64,000 nucleotides of DNA from Marsupella aquatica. Taxonomy: Eukaryota; Plantae; Marchantiophyta. How positions within the stretch are numbered: position 1 is the stretch's first letter; every line of letters starts with the position of its first letter. A program made the translations under genes and the position numbers. Under the pieces are notes generated by a model. That model was not told where the DNA came from. It ran no database searches and saw only the letters and a program-made list of their open reading frames with translations. Where the stretch lies: positions 16,538,216 to 16,602,215 of the forward strand of contig OZ316894.1 in assembly GCA_973895155.1 (NCBI GenBank). Direction: 5' to 3'. Positions 24,101-41,200 of the stretch are shown here, piece after piece.

Positions 24101-27100
24101 AACTAAATCGGTAGTCATGTAGCACAAACCTGCACAAGAACTTGCTCTTGCTCATTCTTTTCAGTCAACTGCTTGTTCAACGCATCCACTTCTACCTCAA
24201 GCTTCTCCACCTGTTATCGTGAAGTGTGTCAGAAGTAGTTGACCTTCAGACCACATCTCACTAGAATCCAGGAATCTGACTAGCGTTTCAACCAAAGATG
24301 GTCTTGGAAAGAGCAAACCTTCGCAGTCAGGAGTCGTCGATTGTCCTGCTTAGCCATCTCCACAAGGGCGTTCTCCAGCTCCTCTGCCCTGAAACAAAGA
24401 TACACAATTCGATTGTATAAAACAACTTTTGCCGCTTTATGTCAGCTCGATAGGCCACAACCAGGTCTCTACAATACAAACCAGACTTCTGGAGGATGGG
24501 ATTTCTTGAGATTTGGAAATACCTCACACTGGCAGCCTTCTTGTCTTCCAAAGCCTGGCAGAGTTCCTTCTTCAGCCATGCAACCTACTCACAAGTTTCA
24601 TGAACACGTTTAGAAGGGTCAATGCTCCTCAAATAACAATTCGTGAATACAAATTTACGCACTCGGAAGACCTGTAAAAGATATGCCGGGTGCAGTATAA
24701 ATTCATCCTGACAGGTAATGACACAAGAGAACAAAACTCTTCGAAGCGCACAGAAGTTTAGCAAGAATGACTGATACTTCAACAGTACACAGGCACTCTG
24801 GTAATCGAGCTTTACAAAGGTCTGGGCTTACTTGCTCTCTTGCATCACCATGTGGATCTTCTACATGGTTCGGGCTGATACTGTCAGTAATTGCCTTCTC
24901 CACCGAGATCTCTTCAAAAGACAGAGGGCTCGTGACATTCATGGTGACTTGTTGATTCAGGATGGAATCATTCTCAGGCCCGTCACTCAACCCATTGGAT
25001 ACCTTCTCCGGTTTTTCTTCCGAAACAACAATAGATTTTTTTATTAACATACTATCGCCACTAGGATCTTCTACACTGTACAGGTAGGGCAGCTTTTGTG
25101 TCATTGCGCTGTTAGAATTTCGCCAGAGGTGCAATTCGATAGACCGTTCTTCAAGAGCCGCTAAAACGTCAGGGCGATGCTTGAGACGGAGCTCATGCAA
25201 TCTACTTTCAGTGACCATCTGAAAGCCCATACAAGCCATGAGGACGAGCTGACTGCTGTCAAATGTATTAGTGGCCATAGATTGCAGGGTTGCAATAGCA
25301 TCTCCAGCATCTCGAGTCGCAGCAAGGGCAGGTGCTGTTCAGATCCAAAAGTTTGCAACATCTCAGAATCCGGGAAGAAAGAATCTGGAAATAAAAAGAA
25401 TGAGGTAGCAGCTCTCTCAAACATGGTTTAATAACTTGCTTTTTGGACCTGAGCAACAATAACTTTCCAAAGAGTCCCCAACTTATTACTAGAAACAGCC
25501 CGAACACCAATCAATCGAAAACGACTACACGCAAAAGTTCCCGTCTCTTACATAGCACGCTAGCCTAAGTTCGAACTCTTGTTTTGATTACACACCATGT
25601 ATCTCCATGAGGGCAAGTCCTGTACGGAAAAGCATGCAGCGATTTCCCTCGTACAGAAGCACATCCCAGACACGCAACACTGTCGCAAACAGGAACCAAT
25701 AAATCTTCCTCGTCAGAAGAAAAATATCTTATTGAAATGCAGTAACCGGCCAAGACAAGCGAACTTAACTTCTTTAAGCCAGATATCCCACTTCGAAATG
25801 CTATTAAACCCCACCTGATCAAGATAGTTAGTGAGGCAATATACATTATGCATTTAATTGTAAAACTCAATGAGAAGTTGCAAACACGCAGATCATGGCG
25901 TACCGCTCTCCCAGGGCAGGACATTGACAAATATGGAGAGGAACCAAGGACCACTGATCCATGCCACCTGAACTCCAAGTAAGCAGAGATGACTCACTGT
26001 CATCACAAAGTGAAAAGGACTTAGCCATCACAATAGTCAATAGATGACAAATAAAGGCGTAAAAATTTAATAAAGATTCGGGGGAGGTAGACAGCATCAT
26101 TACCAAGTTTAGGAAAGTGTTCTTGCACCAGGTCTTCAAAGACAAGCTGATCCACCTGACAAAGCAAACAATTTCCAGCACTAAGAAACACGAAGGGCTA
26201 CTGAGGAATTAAACAAGTTTTTGAATTCATATTCACGAGCAACAACAGAAACAGAAACTAGAATTAATTCATCTTCTGCGAACAAAATACTACATACATA
26301 CTTAAAAAAGAACGGTCGCCCATATTCCATCATCCCCAAACGTCACTACTACCTCCACAGAATTGAACTGAAAGGCTGAGTCTAATCAACATTTTGGGAA
26401 GAACACTTTTTTATCGGCAAAGAAACGCAGGAAATCAGTGGGAAAGAAGACCAACACCTGTGCTTCGACCATTTTCTCAGAGTAATATCCTTCAAAGTAG
26501 TCATCAATGATACCCGTCAAAGTCCTGGAAAAATGCCATTATATTTATCAAAAGCTTCAGATTCTGGAAAACAATTTAACATAGCTGCATGCTGAAAATG
26601 GCACCGTACGATACTCACATATACCTCAACAATAATCGCTGGAGAGTCCTTAGCCCTTTATGGGGTCGGGACGAAGGACTCTCCAGCGAAAAGAATTTCT
26701 GAGGAATTCAGATTTATTCATTCAACGATTGAATGTAAGGAAAATTGTCACACCGTTGCTTTCTGGCCTAACGCTGCCATCGCAATCAACGAAGTTCCAA
26801 AAACCTACCATGCTCAAAAATCGAACCTTACCAGAATGCATTTTCTTCTGGCATTAACAGAAACAGCAGCCCTGCGAGGAAATTCATTGCCTGCTCCAGC
26901 GATTTACAAAATTAAGTATTGCGGATTTCTTTGAACACAGGCCAATCAAGCTCTTCCAACCAAGCTACTCTGAACCTTGTAAAAGAAGAAAGTTTACTGC
27001 ATTGCATCAATTTGTGACAGATTGTTCGTGAGTATGTTGATAACAAGCTTTTCTACAAAAAAGTTCATTGCCTGTACCAACAGTGTCCAAGAATTAACTA

Positions 27101-29290
27101 CTACGGGTCTGTGAACAACGAGGCGATAACAGCTCTTCCAACCAAATCCGAATGACTCATAATGAAAAACAAATCAGATCTTTGCATTGCGTGAACAGAT
27201 TGTTTCTGATAACTGTAACTACAAGTTTTTCTTGATATCAGCGGAGGGAACATTGCAGTTACCTGACAATATCCAACAGACGGATTATGTCGAGCATAGG
27301 CAGTTAGCAAGCGCCTTAATGCATTGCGTCCATCTTCATCCAGGGCAGGATGTCCAGGGAATGTGCGAGGGAGATCCTACATCGAAGCATGCAACAGTAT
27401 TTAGGACCACGAGAGAATTCTGCTAGAGTTATGAGCCTTCTTACTCAAAACCTCATACTTTGCAAGGCCCGTCATAGTTGTCAATCTTTTGGTGTGGAAA
27501 GCCTAGCGAACAGCTGCAGTTGGCCACAAACTACTCCCGATACCAACTGACCTTCTCAATCTGATTAGTCCACTTTTCGATGATACCAGTTTTGGAAACA
27601 AGGTAGTTGGCGGCTGCACTGCCACTGCCATCGAGTAAACCGCCAACACCGTTACTTTCACCTCCACCATCCGCCAATAGCGTGAGCAGAGCATTGTAAT
27701 GTCCTTTAATCCTACGAGTCTTCGTGCCCACGAAAACCTGCCATAACTGGTTCGAGATATCCAGTCCACCACCCGGCAATTTCGTTAGGCTGCATTGCAC
27801 TAAATCGGAAAGACAGTCCTGGGCGTCAATCTGGAAATTTCCTTAGAAGTTTTTCCAACCGTTCTCCTCTTTAAATCTTCAGTGATGCTGTTCCCAATGC
27901 TGACATACCAAAAACATGTATTCCAAACCTATACAATGACCAATGAGCGAGCTCGACAGTGCAGATAAAACTTCCAGGGAATCAAACTCTGGGGATTCGA
28001 AGGTACCTCCCCGCGTAAAGCCATCGGGACTCCTCCTCGCACGAGCGATCTCAACTCCTCCTCCCATGGAGACTCGATGGTAACCGGTTTGCGTGGCTTG
28101 GGTGGGCTAACACTCTCACCTTCGCGTAGAACATCTGCACTTTCCATGGCATCACAAAATTCGTCTTCGGAATCTTCCCCAAATCCCTCTTCGCCTCCGG
28201 CCACAGCACCATCGCTAACAATTTTACCTGTGTCGGAATGCTCCTCCGCTACTCCTTCAAGAGAACTCCTTGACTGGTCCATGTGGCCAGCCACTGAACG
28301 AACTTCATGTACGGCCCCATTGCCAGCTGCAAGTTCTCGGGTAGAGACGGGAGATGGACGTAGCCCCCTTCCACTAATGCTTGTAGTTTGCTCAATTGTC
28401 CGAAGGGATTCACGAAGCTGGCCCCATAACTTCGATCCTTGGTCGACCCCATGATCTCTATTATTGGACGTCTCGCTGCAGTCTTCCGACTCCAAACTGT
28501 CTGGTCGCGCACCTTTCGCCTCAGAAGAACAGAATTCCCGCGCCGGTGCAGAAGATACGTCCTGATTTACAGAGTTCAGAAATTGTTCCCATCGCTCTGA
28601 CCTTTCTGCTTCTTCTTCCTGAGAGACAGATTTCAACAGCCATAGGCCACTCATATAAAATTCCTCTTCCTGACTCGGTAAGTAATGGCAATCTCATTGT
28701 AATAAAATTTTGAAGGAGCGAACAGTCAACCATTTCTTTCCTTGAAGAGCATAGCTCGTGATCCGGCCAGGACGACGGTAGCTTCAAATGCGGCAAGTAA
28801 GGGGGGTTACAAAACGACAACAAGAATGCACAGCAACATGGACAACGCGACTGTCCTCCAGCCAAGAGCGAGCTGACTGAAATGTACAAGAAATTGCGGG
28901 TCAAAACAAGTAATTAGTTGACAGAGCGCTGAAACGCGGGAAGTAGGAAATACATGATCACAGGCGAAACTACCTCGTTCCCGGTCTCTCACCTGGTAGA
29001 TTGTAGAATACTTTTTGAACTGCTCCGAATGCTGAGGCTTAACCATAAATCCATACATGTCCCTGCGTAGCAATCCGTCCAACCACACCACCGCACCCCG
29101 CACGGAGGCAGCATCGACATTTTCGGTTCAGCACACAATCATCTATGACGAAGAAGAAGCGAAAGAAAACGCCCTCATCGATCATGCGATACACAAACAA
29201 CAGAAGACGTCATGCTCTAAGAACTCACCGAATCTGTTCGTGCATAGCCAAAGGCTTCGGCCTCGCTTTCCTCTGACGGCCGTTCATCAT
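21137..29290 (-). CDS. TBC-domain Rab GTPase-activating protein with C-terminal coiled coil, 18 exons
   Basis: Phase-consistent GT-AG exons: 29229-29290, 28993-29062, 28007-28618, 27552-27746, 27263-27376, 26832-26890, 26458-26524, 26104-26155, 25904-25996, 25596-25679, 24832-25334, 24523-24584, 24319-24388, 24130-24210, 23693-23794, 22210-22373, 21416-21563, 21137-21223. Motifs: [30 protein letters not shown] (R finger), VGYCQAMNF (Q finger), [20 protein letters not shown]. Confidence 0.95.
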
Positions 29291-29739
29291 CCTGCTATCC
29301 ATTCGCAAGATCACATATCAATCCATCCCCACGCAGACCTCCAAACGCCCCCTCCCGCACCGACCTCCTCCCTCTCACTCACTCACTCACTCACTCACTC
29401 ACACACTCAATCCACTGAAACGACATAGTCTACATGATTCCAACCACTTCAAGCATTCGCGTCTGCTATCGCGTCTCACAATAATCGCGTTCCAGTAGCT
29501 GCTTCCCACGGTCTCTCTCTGATAGACTGACGACTTTATCCCCGATTCCACTTTCTCGTCAAAAGCTTCCTCTCCTTCCTTCTTTCTCAGCTGCGAGACT
29601 TGTCACAAGCTTGCCTTCCTTCCTTCCTTCCGTCCACGCCCGTCTGGAGTCTCTCTCCGGGTCCAAAGAAACAGAGGAGCGGAGTAATCAATCACCTACA
29701 CTGGCGCCTGATTGCGGTACAGGTTCCGTAGTCCTACTA

Positions 29740-30352
29740 GTAGAGTAGGCATTATTATTACGACCACGTTACCCGAAACTCGACGATCCATGTGAGACGG
29801 GAACTACCGTAAAACAGAGTAATGCAGTTCAGTACCGATCACTGCAGTACAACATGCCGTAGTGCTACCACGAACAGCGCAGTAGCCGAGAGTTATTTTA
29901 CTAGTAAAGTAGGCATTATTGCGACCACGTTATCTGAAACTCGACGATCCGTGGGAGTCTGGAACTACCATAAAACAGAGTAATGCAGTTACTCATCACT
30001 GCAGTACAACATGCCGTAGTGCTACCACGAACAGCGCAGTAGCCGAGAGTTATTTTACTAGGAAAGTAGGCATTATTAGGACCACGTTTTCTAAAAACTG
30101 GAACTACCGCCAAACAGAGTAATAGAGTTCACTACTCATCACCGCAGTACAACATGCCGTAGCGCTACCACTAACAGCGCAGTGGCCAGGAATGAATTAC
30201 CACGTAGTAAAGTAGGCATTATGACTACCACGTTAACTGAAACTCGACGATCCATGGGAGACAGGAACTACCGTAAAACAGAGTAATGCAGTTCGGTACT
30301 CCTCACTGCAGTACAACATGCCGTAGTGCTACCACGACAGGGCAGTAGCCGA
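29740..30352. repeat. Tandem repeat, ~145-165 bp x4, upstream of the RabGAP gene
   Basis: agtaggcatta..accacgtt..ggaactacc..aaacagagtaat..gcagtacaacatgccgtag.gctaccac..gcagt.gcc repeated from ~29744, 29908, 30066, 30211. Confidence 0.93.
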
Positions 30353-30998
30353 GTGTCAATGTGCTTAAAAATGGAAAAAAAAAAACCTCCAAAGCGCATT
30401 CAAGATTATTGTACATTTAGAATGGACATTTGACTACATCAACAGTTTTGGTCCCAAACACCCCTTCCACTACACATGTGACTACATCTTTTTGTCACAA
30501 ACACAAAATTTATGTTTGTAATCACAAACAAACACAATTTGTTCTAGACAAAGAATTATGCTTACATTAACCACAAAAACTCAAAAAATTGAAGAGTAAA
30601 AATTAAAGTATCAAACAGCAGAGTAAAACAAAATAACCAATTGAGTTCAGACCAGAGTTTCATACTTAGAGCTTCAATATTCAAAGGCTGACAATGGATC
30701 TTAAGATGTTAGAGAAATTAAAAAATTCATGATCTTATAAGTACTTGACAAAATCTGTCAATGTTATGTTCATCAAAAAATTCTAACTTTCTAAAATATT
30801 TTAAATTCATTTGAGCATGAAAGGTTGGTGATTGAATTTGATGATATGGTTGCACCTGGTGCTAAGCAATTTGGAAGGCACTTCCCATAGGTTCATAAAA
30901 CAATTTGATTTTTTTGGGCAAATCTTTAGTTTATTGAGCAGATCCAAAAAGCACTATCATATTTTTATGTCTAAAGTATTACTCTATCGTACACCTCT

Positions 30999-33551
30999 TG
31001 TAGCATCCCAACCCCAAATTGGGGTCCAGCTAGAGACTTACTCCCGTAGTAACCATTGTCACTCGCTTTGCAACTCACCATCTAGTTCCTTGAGATCACT
31101 TGTGGATGTCAAGCAGCACACCCAAACTACTCACCCCAAAGTTGGAAGCCAACAAACCTCCCTTATGTTTCACTTGTGTGTGCATAAGCCTTGTTGTGCT
31201 CTCTGTCCCTTGGCCTGGCGAGAGTAGTGATGGATCTCAATTGATGGCATGTGAGAGTACTTAGGACATAGCCTCCCCTCATATATGGTTTTGTGGACTT
31301 GTCACCCCTGGATCAGCTTTGATACTCTATATCTGATTGTCAACTTATATCTAGTCAGGGCCATAACTTCCGGCTAGTGACTCAGTTGGCAATGCTACAC
31401 ATAGAATCACTTTCAAGTTGACTGGGAGCTCGTGATGGTGCTCCCATCAACCACTCACAATCTCCTTGCTAATGTGCCTTCTTGGACTAAGGGGTATCAT
31501 GATGGGTCAGCAAGACCTCCAACTTAGTGTTGGTGAGCATCCTTCACACTAGAGTTGTAAGTGTTTGGTCTTTTCAGTATTTTGGAAGGGTTTGATTGCA
31601 TATGGCACTCACAAGTAAAAGCCTTTTACAATTTTGATAATTTTAAGTAAATGGACTGTGAGCCTAATGAATTCAAGGCCACCCACAGAAAAAATAACTA
31701 AACCAAACCCAAGAGACAAAGGGACAAAGAAACCGAGCCCAAGAGACCAAAAGGACCAACAAATAGAGAATATTTTGTAATGTTTAAAACTTTGTTCCAT
31801 TATGGTTTTACTGAAGTAAAAGGTGACATGGGCTGTATTCCAAGACACAACCTCTAACCCGGGGTGTCCAACTATACTTTTTTTCTCTTAGATATTTGTT
31901 GGTAGGAACTTATGAATGCTTATATGCTTATATTAAGGGCCTCAAAGTAGTTGGTCCATTGAAGCATCAACTCTCTTAAATGATAACTTACCAACAAGTG
32001 TGAACCACCTACCACTTTAAACCACTCACTAACCTCATTGCTAGTGCTGGTGAGGATGCAATCAAGTGGTGGACCTCGCCACCCAGCGCCCTCACCAATC
32101 CCAGCACTTGCGCTTAAGTGCCCTTGGTGCCCGAACGCCTCCACGGAATACCTCGAGCAAGCACCCAAGTGCCTCTTGCACCACCAGCGGCTCCTCCCAT
32201 ACGAAGCCGCACTTGCTCACCTACACGACCGCTACTCAACGATCCTCACTGTCTGCACAAGCAACCAAGCACCTCGGTAAGTAACCCCTCGGGATCCAGA
32301 ACTCCCCCAAGTCTAGCATCCTAACTCAAGCTCAACAGACGTTGGTAAATAGGTCAGCGATAGGTCCTCCCGATGCCATAAGCCGGAACCAGAACCCACG
32401 CCCACTGTCCGTCCAGGACAGCTCCTTCCTTGGGCGCGGCCTGGGTTCCCCCTCGTACCTATCCATCACCAACTGACCACCCTGACCTCAGGACATGCTC
32501 ATGGCCCAAATAGTGTAGCTTGTCCTAAAGCTTGTCCCAAGCTTGTCTCAACACGCTGGGACCAGAACGGCCCCAACTCTAACAACCGCTCCCGGTTCGC
32601 CCCACTGATGGTCTAGGGACCGAGCGCCCTTGGGACTCAGCCTCCTTACCTACTTGGCCTTGCCTCCCCAAACGCAAGCTCCCTTGGGAGGCTGAACGCG
32701 GCTTGGCTGCTGTTCGGCAGGATTTGGCAAGCGGGCAAGCTAACACCCGCAAACCATGAGAACCCATGGCACCCCCGGACCCATCTGAGCTCAGGAGGGC
32801 GTATCCCTCCTCAAGAGCTTTCCAACGCACCCAAGAAGTCCTTCAACGGATTTCCCGTTGGGAAGATATCGTCATTTCCGTTTGGCAATTTCCTTTAGTG
32901 TCGCGACCACCGCGGCTCACGACTTCGGCTCGGCTTTAGCCCCCAGGGAGACACCACACCCCTCATATATGCTTCTGGAGACCTGCCACCCCTGGACCGA
33001 CTTTTGTCCCTAAACATTTGGCCCCCAACCCGGATCCCATCGCGCCTAATGGGCGCGCCACCAACTGGCAACGCCCATAACTTTCTTGATAGGCATCCGC
33101 AAGCGGAGTGCCTTAGCCCGTTGTGACCAGGCCGACCCAGTGCTCATGCCTAGGCCCTCAGGTCTGATCGCCGCTCGGGGCCCCCGGGCCACAACTTGCG
33201 CCCCAAGCGTCCGTTGCCAATGGCGTCAACTCCATTGGCCTTGGGCCCAAGAGGAGCTCACTCCCAAGCCCTCAGAACTCAAAGCCCATCCGATAGTCCG
33301 GACGGCCATCCTTGAATCCGGCCCATTTGCCTTTGACCCGACCAGCCATAGGCTAGTCCAAGCCCTTAGTGTGTGTTCCCAGCTTGGCCCCTTGCCTCGC
33401 CAGTGCCACGTCTCATTGCCCACAAGTCTCCCCATGCTAAGTCCTCCCCGGATGGTTTATCCGGGCCTGGACCATAAGGGAGCTCGGCGTCGGAGTCAGC
33501 GACGCCAGAGCTAAGTGTTAAGGTAGTCGAGTTCCGCGACTAATCCTAACA
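30999..33551 (-). mobile_element. Probable LTR-retrotransposon LTR relics, two related segments (~30999-31870 and GC-rich ~31900-33551)
   Basis: Both segments share cccctcatatatg....cacccctgga...ccataactt (~31275 and ~32960), a minus-strand TATA-like core. Ends look LTR-like (tgtagcatccc; ggggtgtcca; cctaaca). No matching target-site duplication and no gag/pol ORF found. Confidence 0.35.
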
Positions 33552-34087
33552 TCTACCTTTAACATGAATTGTAGTAAGGTTTTCTCCATGTTCATTAATT
33601 TAAACTTTACTTTTCAATTTCTCAAAATTTTTTTATGGTTATCAGACGTAAATATTTCTGCTTGGGTCAGACATGAAAGTCTTGTTCATAAAGTACCTAT
33701 TTATGACCACAAGTGATGCAAGCTTTCCTATAAATGACCAGAAATGCTGATTTGACCACAAGTGATGCAGGAGTGGGTTGCAGACCAGGTCATTGGATGA
33801 CAATAGTGAATTGTCCTTTGTTGTGCACAACATGCTAATCTTACCTGGGGTGATTTGTATCTCAGCATGGTTGTTTTAAGACAGCATCAGTACCACAGTG
33901 AAGGTCTGCAATTTGAACTTTTTTCAATTTAAACTGAGTATTGGAGAACCTTTATGTCCACTACCTACTACAGTCTACCTTGCCTAAGTGGAGGCTCCCT
34001 GGAAGACACCCAAACTTGAACTTATCCACAGTGTGCACTGTTATAAGTGCATGCAATATCATTTATGCACTTCTTCCCCCTTCCCCC

Positions 34088-34088
34088 C

Positions 34089-34120
<32 letters not shown>
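34088..34120. repeat. (CA)n microsatellite
   Basis: About 15 uninterrupted CA units. Confidence 0.95.
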
Positions 34121-34122
<2 letters not shown>

Positions 34123-34551
34123 CTGCACTATCCAATAAGTGCATCTGAAATTGCTTAAGCACTTCCTCATATGTCTTGTCAGGTCATACAATTGGACTCC
34201 ACATACCCCAAACCGGAGTAGTGCATGAAACTACCCTATGTAGTTGTCTGCTGCACTTATCAATAAATGTTTCTAACATATACATTTCAGTAATTGATTA
34301 ATGCATGTGCATTCTTATAGATGGAAATGCACTTATATATTTGTCAGTAACTGATGTTGAAGTGCGTTTTTTGTGCATTTACAAAGGAAAACACTGAAGC
34401 ATTAAGGGACTACACGACCAGCCTGCAGTTACCCATAGAATGCACTTATGCACGACAGACTCTACTTGGGGAGAGGGATAATAAACTGAGCAAAGATTAC
34501 ATATTTCAAAGTGCCAAAAAAACAAAAGCTCCCAACCAGGATACATGATCC

Positions 34552-34578
34552 TTTAGGGTTTAGGGTTTAGGGTTTAGG
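34552..34578 (+). repeat. Interstitial plant telomeric repeat (TTTAGGG)3 TTTAGG
   Basis: tttagggtttagggtttagggtttagg read directly. Confidence 0.9.
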
Positions 34579-35618
34579 TGCGGAGTTGGCTGAGATGTAA
34601 TACTCAAGGGCGGTGAGCCCGAGGGGTTACAGCCCATTGTCCCCAAGTGGGGATGAGTTACCAAGAGTAAGCCCCAAGTGAAAATTTTGAAATATCCACC
34701 TGACTTTTACACTGCAAAACTGTTGTCTGTCACTTGAGTCTTACTTGTATTCTCATTCAACTTTGAGAATCCACAGGCCAGGCTGCCATAGGGGTTCCAT
34801 GGCTCAGGCGGGGTAATGCCTCATAACCATCTGTAGAGTGGCTCACGTGAGGTATCTCATAACCAATTATCGAATACAAGGGGTTCTGTGGCTTAGCTGG
34901 GGTAATGCCACATCATTTTCTATAGGAATTCAAAGCAAAAACTTCACCAGGGGTTTAAGCTCTTACAAAGTGTGGATGCTCTCACATTTGTTTTCCATCC
35001 ACCCCCTCTCAATGCCACCCCATTTTGCAAATCTCCCCCCAGATGTTGGGAATGAATCTGGGCCGCAGAAACAACACAGGGTGACCCCAGGGTACTCTTC
35101 CTATACGGTATGAAAAGGGGTTGGTGGGTGACAAGAGGCGAATCGAAAAAGGCTTTTTCACCTTATCTTTCCGAGAGCTGGAATGCAGCTCTCTTGTGAT
35201 GCAGCTGCTTTCTGCCCTTTGCTTTGTTGTCGTCCAAGATTGTCATCAGTGTGGAGACCACTTCAATCTATCGACCACTGATCATCACCGTCAGCAGCAG
35301 CACCAGTTCTTCTCAATTTGTGTGAATTGAGAAGTGCACTTAGTTGATTGTTGCGAACTGTGGAAAGAAGAGGAACGTCACTGCGAGCTCGTTCCAGTGA
35401 GTAGTGGATTGTGGGTGTGTACATTGGCGAATTGCAGAAGGAGGTGGACGGCGAAGGTCTTGCTTGCAGCGAGCAGTGAGTCAATCATTCTGCAGGAGAG
35501 CCCTAGCCCAGGCTGCAGGGAAGGGAGGCTGTTGTCGATTGATTGCAGTGTCTTTCAGCCCCCCAGTCCTAACGGTAGTAGCGAGTTCTTTAGTGGGCAG
35601 CGGCCCACGAGTGGACAT

Positions 35619-39325
<3,707 letters not shown>

Positions 39326-39599
39326 GATCTCATGTTGCTCGCTGGTTGTTCTGTTATACCATTCGAACAGTGTCCTTTTATCACGTGTCACCGACCTTGT
39401 AAATTCGATAATTGAGCTTCCTTGTAAATTTGTTTGGAGTACAGAATGGGAATGCTGTCGATGATTAGAAACCAAAGTTTATGGTGGAGGCCGCCTAAGG
39501 GAGATCTGCAAATCCAAAATTGGCTTTATTTAATTCCCAATAAGGGAAACTAATTCGCGGACAAGCCTCATCAAACGACTTATTACCTCGTAAGCTGGG

Positions 39600-41200
39600 T
39601 ACCAAGGAGAAACAATGTTGGCCAGAAGTCTCATTGAAGACGCACCATGTTGCAAGTCAGCACAGCTTCACTCCCTAAATTATGTCATATAACCTCGTAT
39701 TCTATGTGCCAAATGACTCTGACGCACAGGGGTCTAACGTAGTTCCCTTTCCATGACTAGTAGACCTAACAAAGGCTGTCTGGACCCTGGAAAGGAATTA
39801 TATTTGTTTGACTATCATTCATATCTCCTTTGGTGCTAGTCACGGCCGTTCGTTAGACATGGCATCAGTAATGTTTAGGTGAACCTGGGAAATTTATGTC
39901 AAACACCAGACTCCCTGTAGAGCTTCATGCAATGCCTCATTATGGCCCTCTATGTTGATATTGGGACTCCTAACATACAACTCTGGAATCGACAATCTCT
40001 GAAGAGGCCAGCGACGGATTTTCATGGACTCGGGATGTCCATTGTTCTCCATGGTGTGTAATCAGAGCCCTCCTTCAATTGATTCTTATAGATCATAAAT
40101 TCTTTGGACATTTAATGCCAAGTACGTACTACTGTCGAATCTGCTATCTTGAAGAAGACCAAAGATCGCCAACGTAATTGTGATGTGCATTGGTTTCCAA
40201 ACGATGAGTGTATTATTCTTTGTAACTTTTGTACAGTAGGTCTGCCGACGGCCAATAGTCCCCAAGCTAGAGTGAGTGTCCCCAAACATAGGTTCAATTA
40301 ATCTCATTCCAATTTTTTGATTCTGATCCTAAAATTATCACTGCAGGGAATACTTCGCCGTGATTGATTCTAGCTAGTGAGCTAATATCGTGATTGCTGT
40401 TTTGTGGATCCATCGTAAAGATCTCCATGACTCTGTAGTCATGGGTTGTATGGGTCAGATCTTCGAACATCGATAAAGTGAAGCTCCATTTTCACAATTC
40501 AAAGTCTCAGCTCAGAGCACACTTTCGCCATCGAGAGAAATCACTGATGCCTCTTTCTTGAGACATAATTGAAGCGAGCTCAAAATCCGATAGTGATACC
40601 AGAATGTAGAGACGAAATGCTGTCGCATTATAAGCACAAAATAGCGATGGGATCATTCTCTATAACATTTTGCGTTTCAAAGTTACCAATCAATCATTGA
40701 GGGATGCCTGAGGAAGCTGATCCTCAGTGTTTCAGAGCTCGAAAAAGTGATCCTCAACGCCTCGTCGTTAACGGTGAGGACTTCTGCTCAAGGGTGATTG
40801 CTTTTGGCCATAGAGAAATTGCAATTTTCTTCGCAGGATTTGGCATATCATAACTCTTAATGAGTTAGACATCTCATAACGTTTTCCTTTGCTAGCCTTA
40901 ACCTAGTAATATGAACGAGACACTTCTTACAGTAACCTGAAGCTAGTAATTAAGGTACATCAAGTTCTGAAATTTGCGAACGCCCTACTTGATCTTACAC
41001 GCATAGAAATTTTGCTCATAGCCAAACCTGGGAGGACTTGTCCAGCACTTGTGTCCAGACCATACCTTTTTTGCCAATTACTTCTGATTTTTAGCTCCAG
41101 TGTATGGCATGATTACGAGTAGCTTAAGTTCCCCGAAAATCCATTTGACATTCTTGTCTAGACCGCGTATAACTGTAGTCACATGTTACTTCTGGGCCGC
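39600..41200 (-). mobile_element. Possible very decayed LINE RT relic
   Basis: Weak ordered minus-strand traces: DKS/PG..GYEQNFY (~41030), SLF..NAT..DFELAS (~40640-40575), QKLQRII...LRWRSL (~40230-40170). Confidence 0.3.

Noticed and set aside
27057-27071. 15-nt AMNFF microexon spliced to the internal cgcag acceptor of exon 6
   Set aside because: A phase-0 donor joined to that acceptor shifts the frame; the 74-nt exon model fits better.
29740-30352. Arrays (also 17297-17920 and 61909-62174) as CRISPR-like loci
   Set aside because: Whole units are repeated with no unique spacers, no cas genes are present and the context is eukaryotic.
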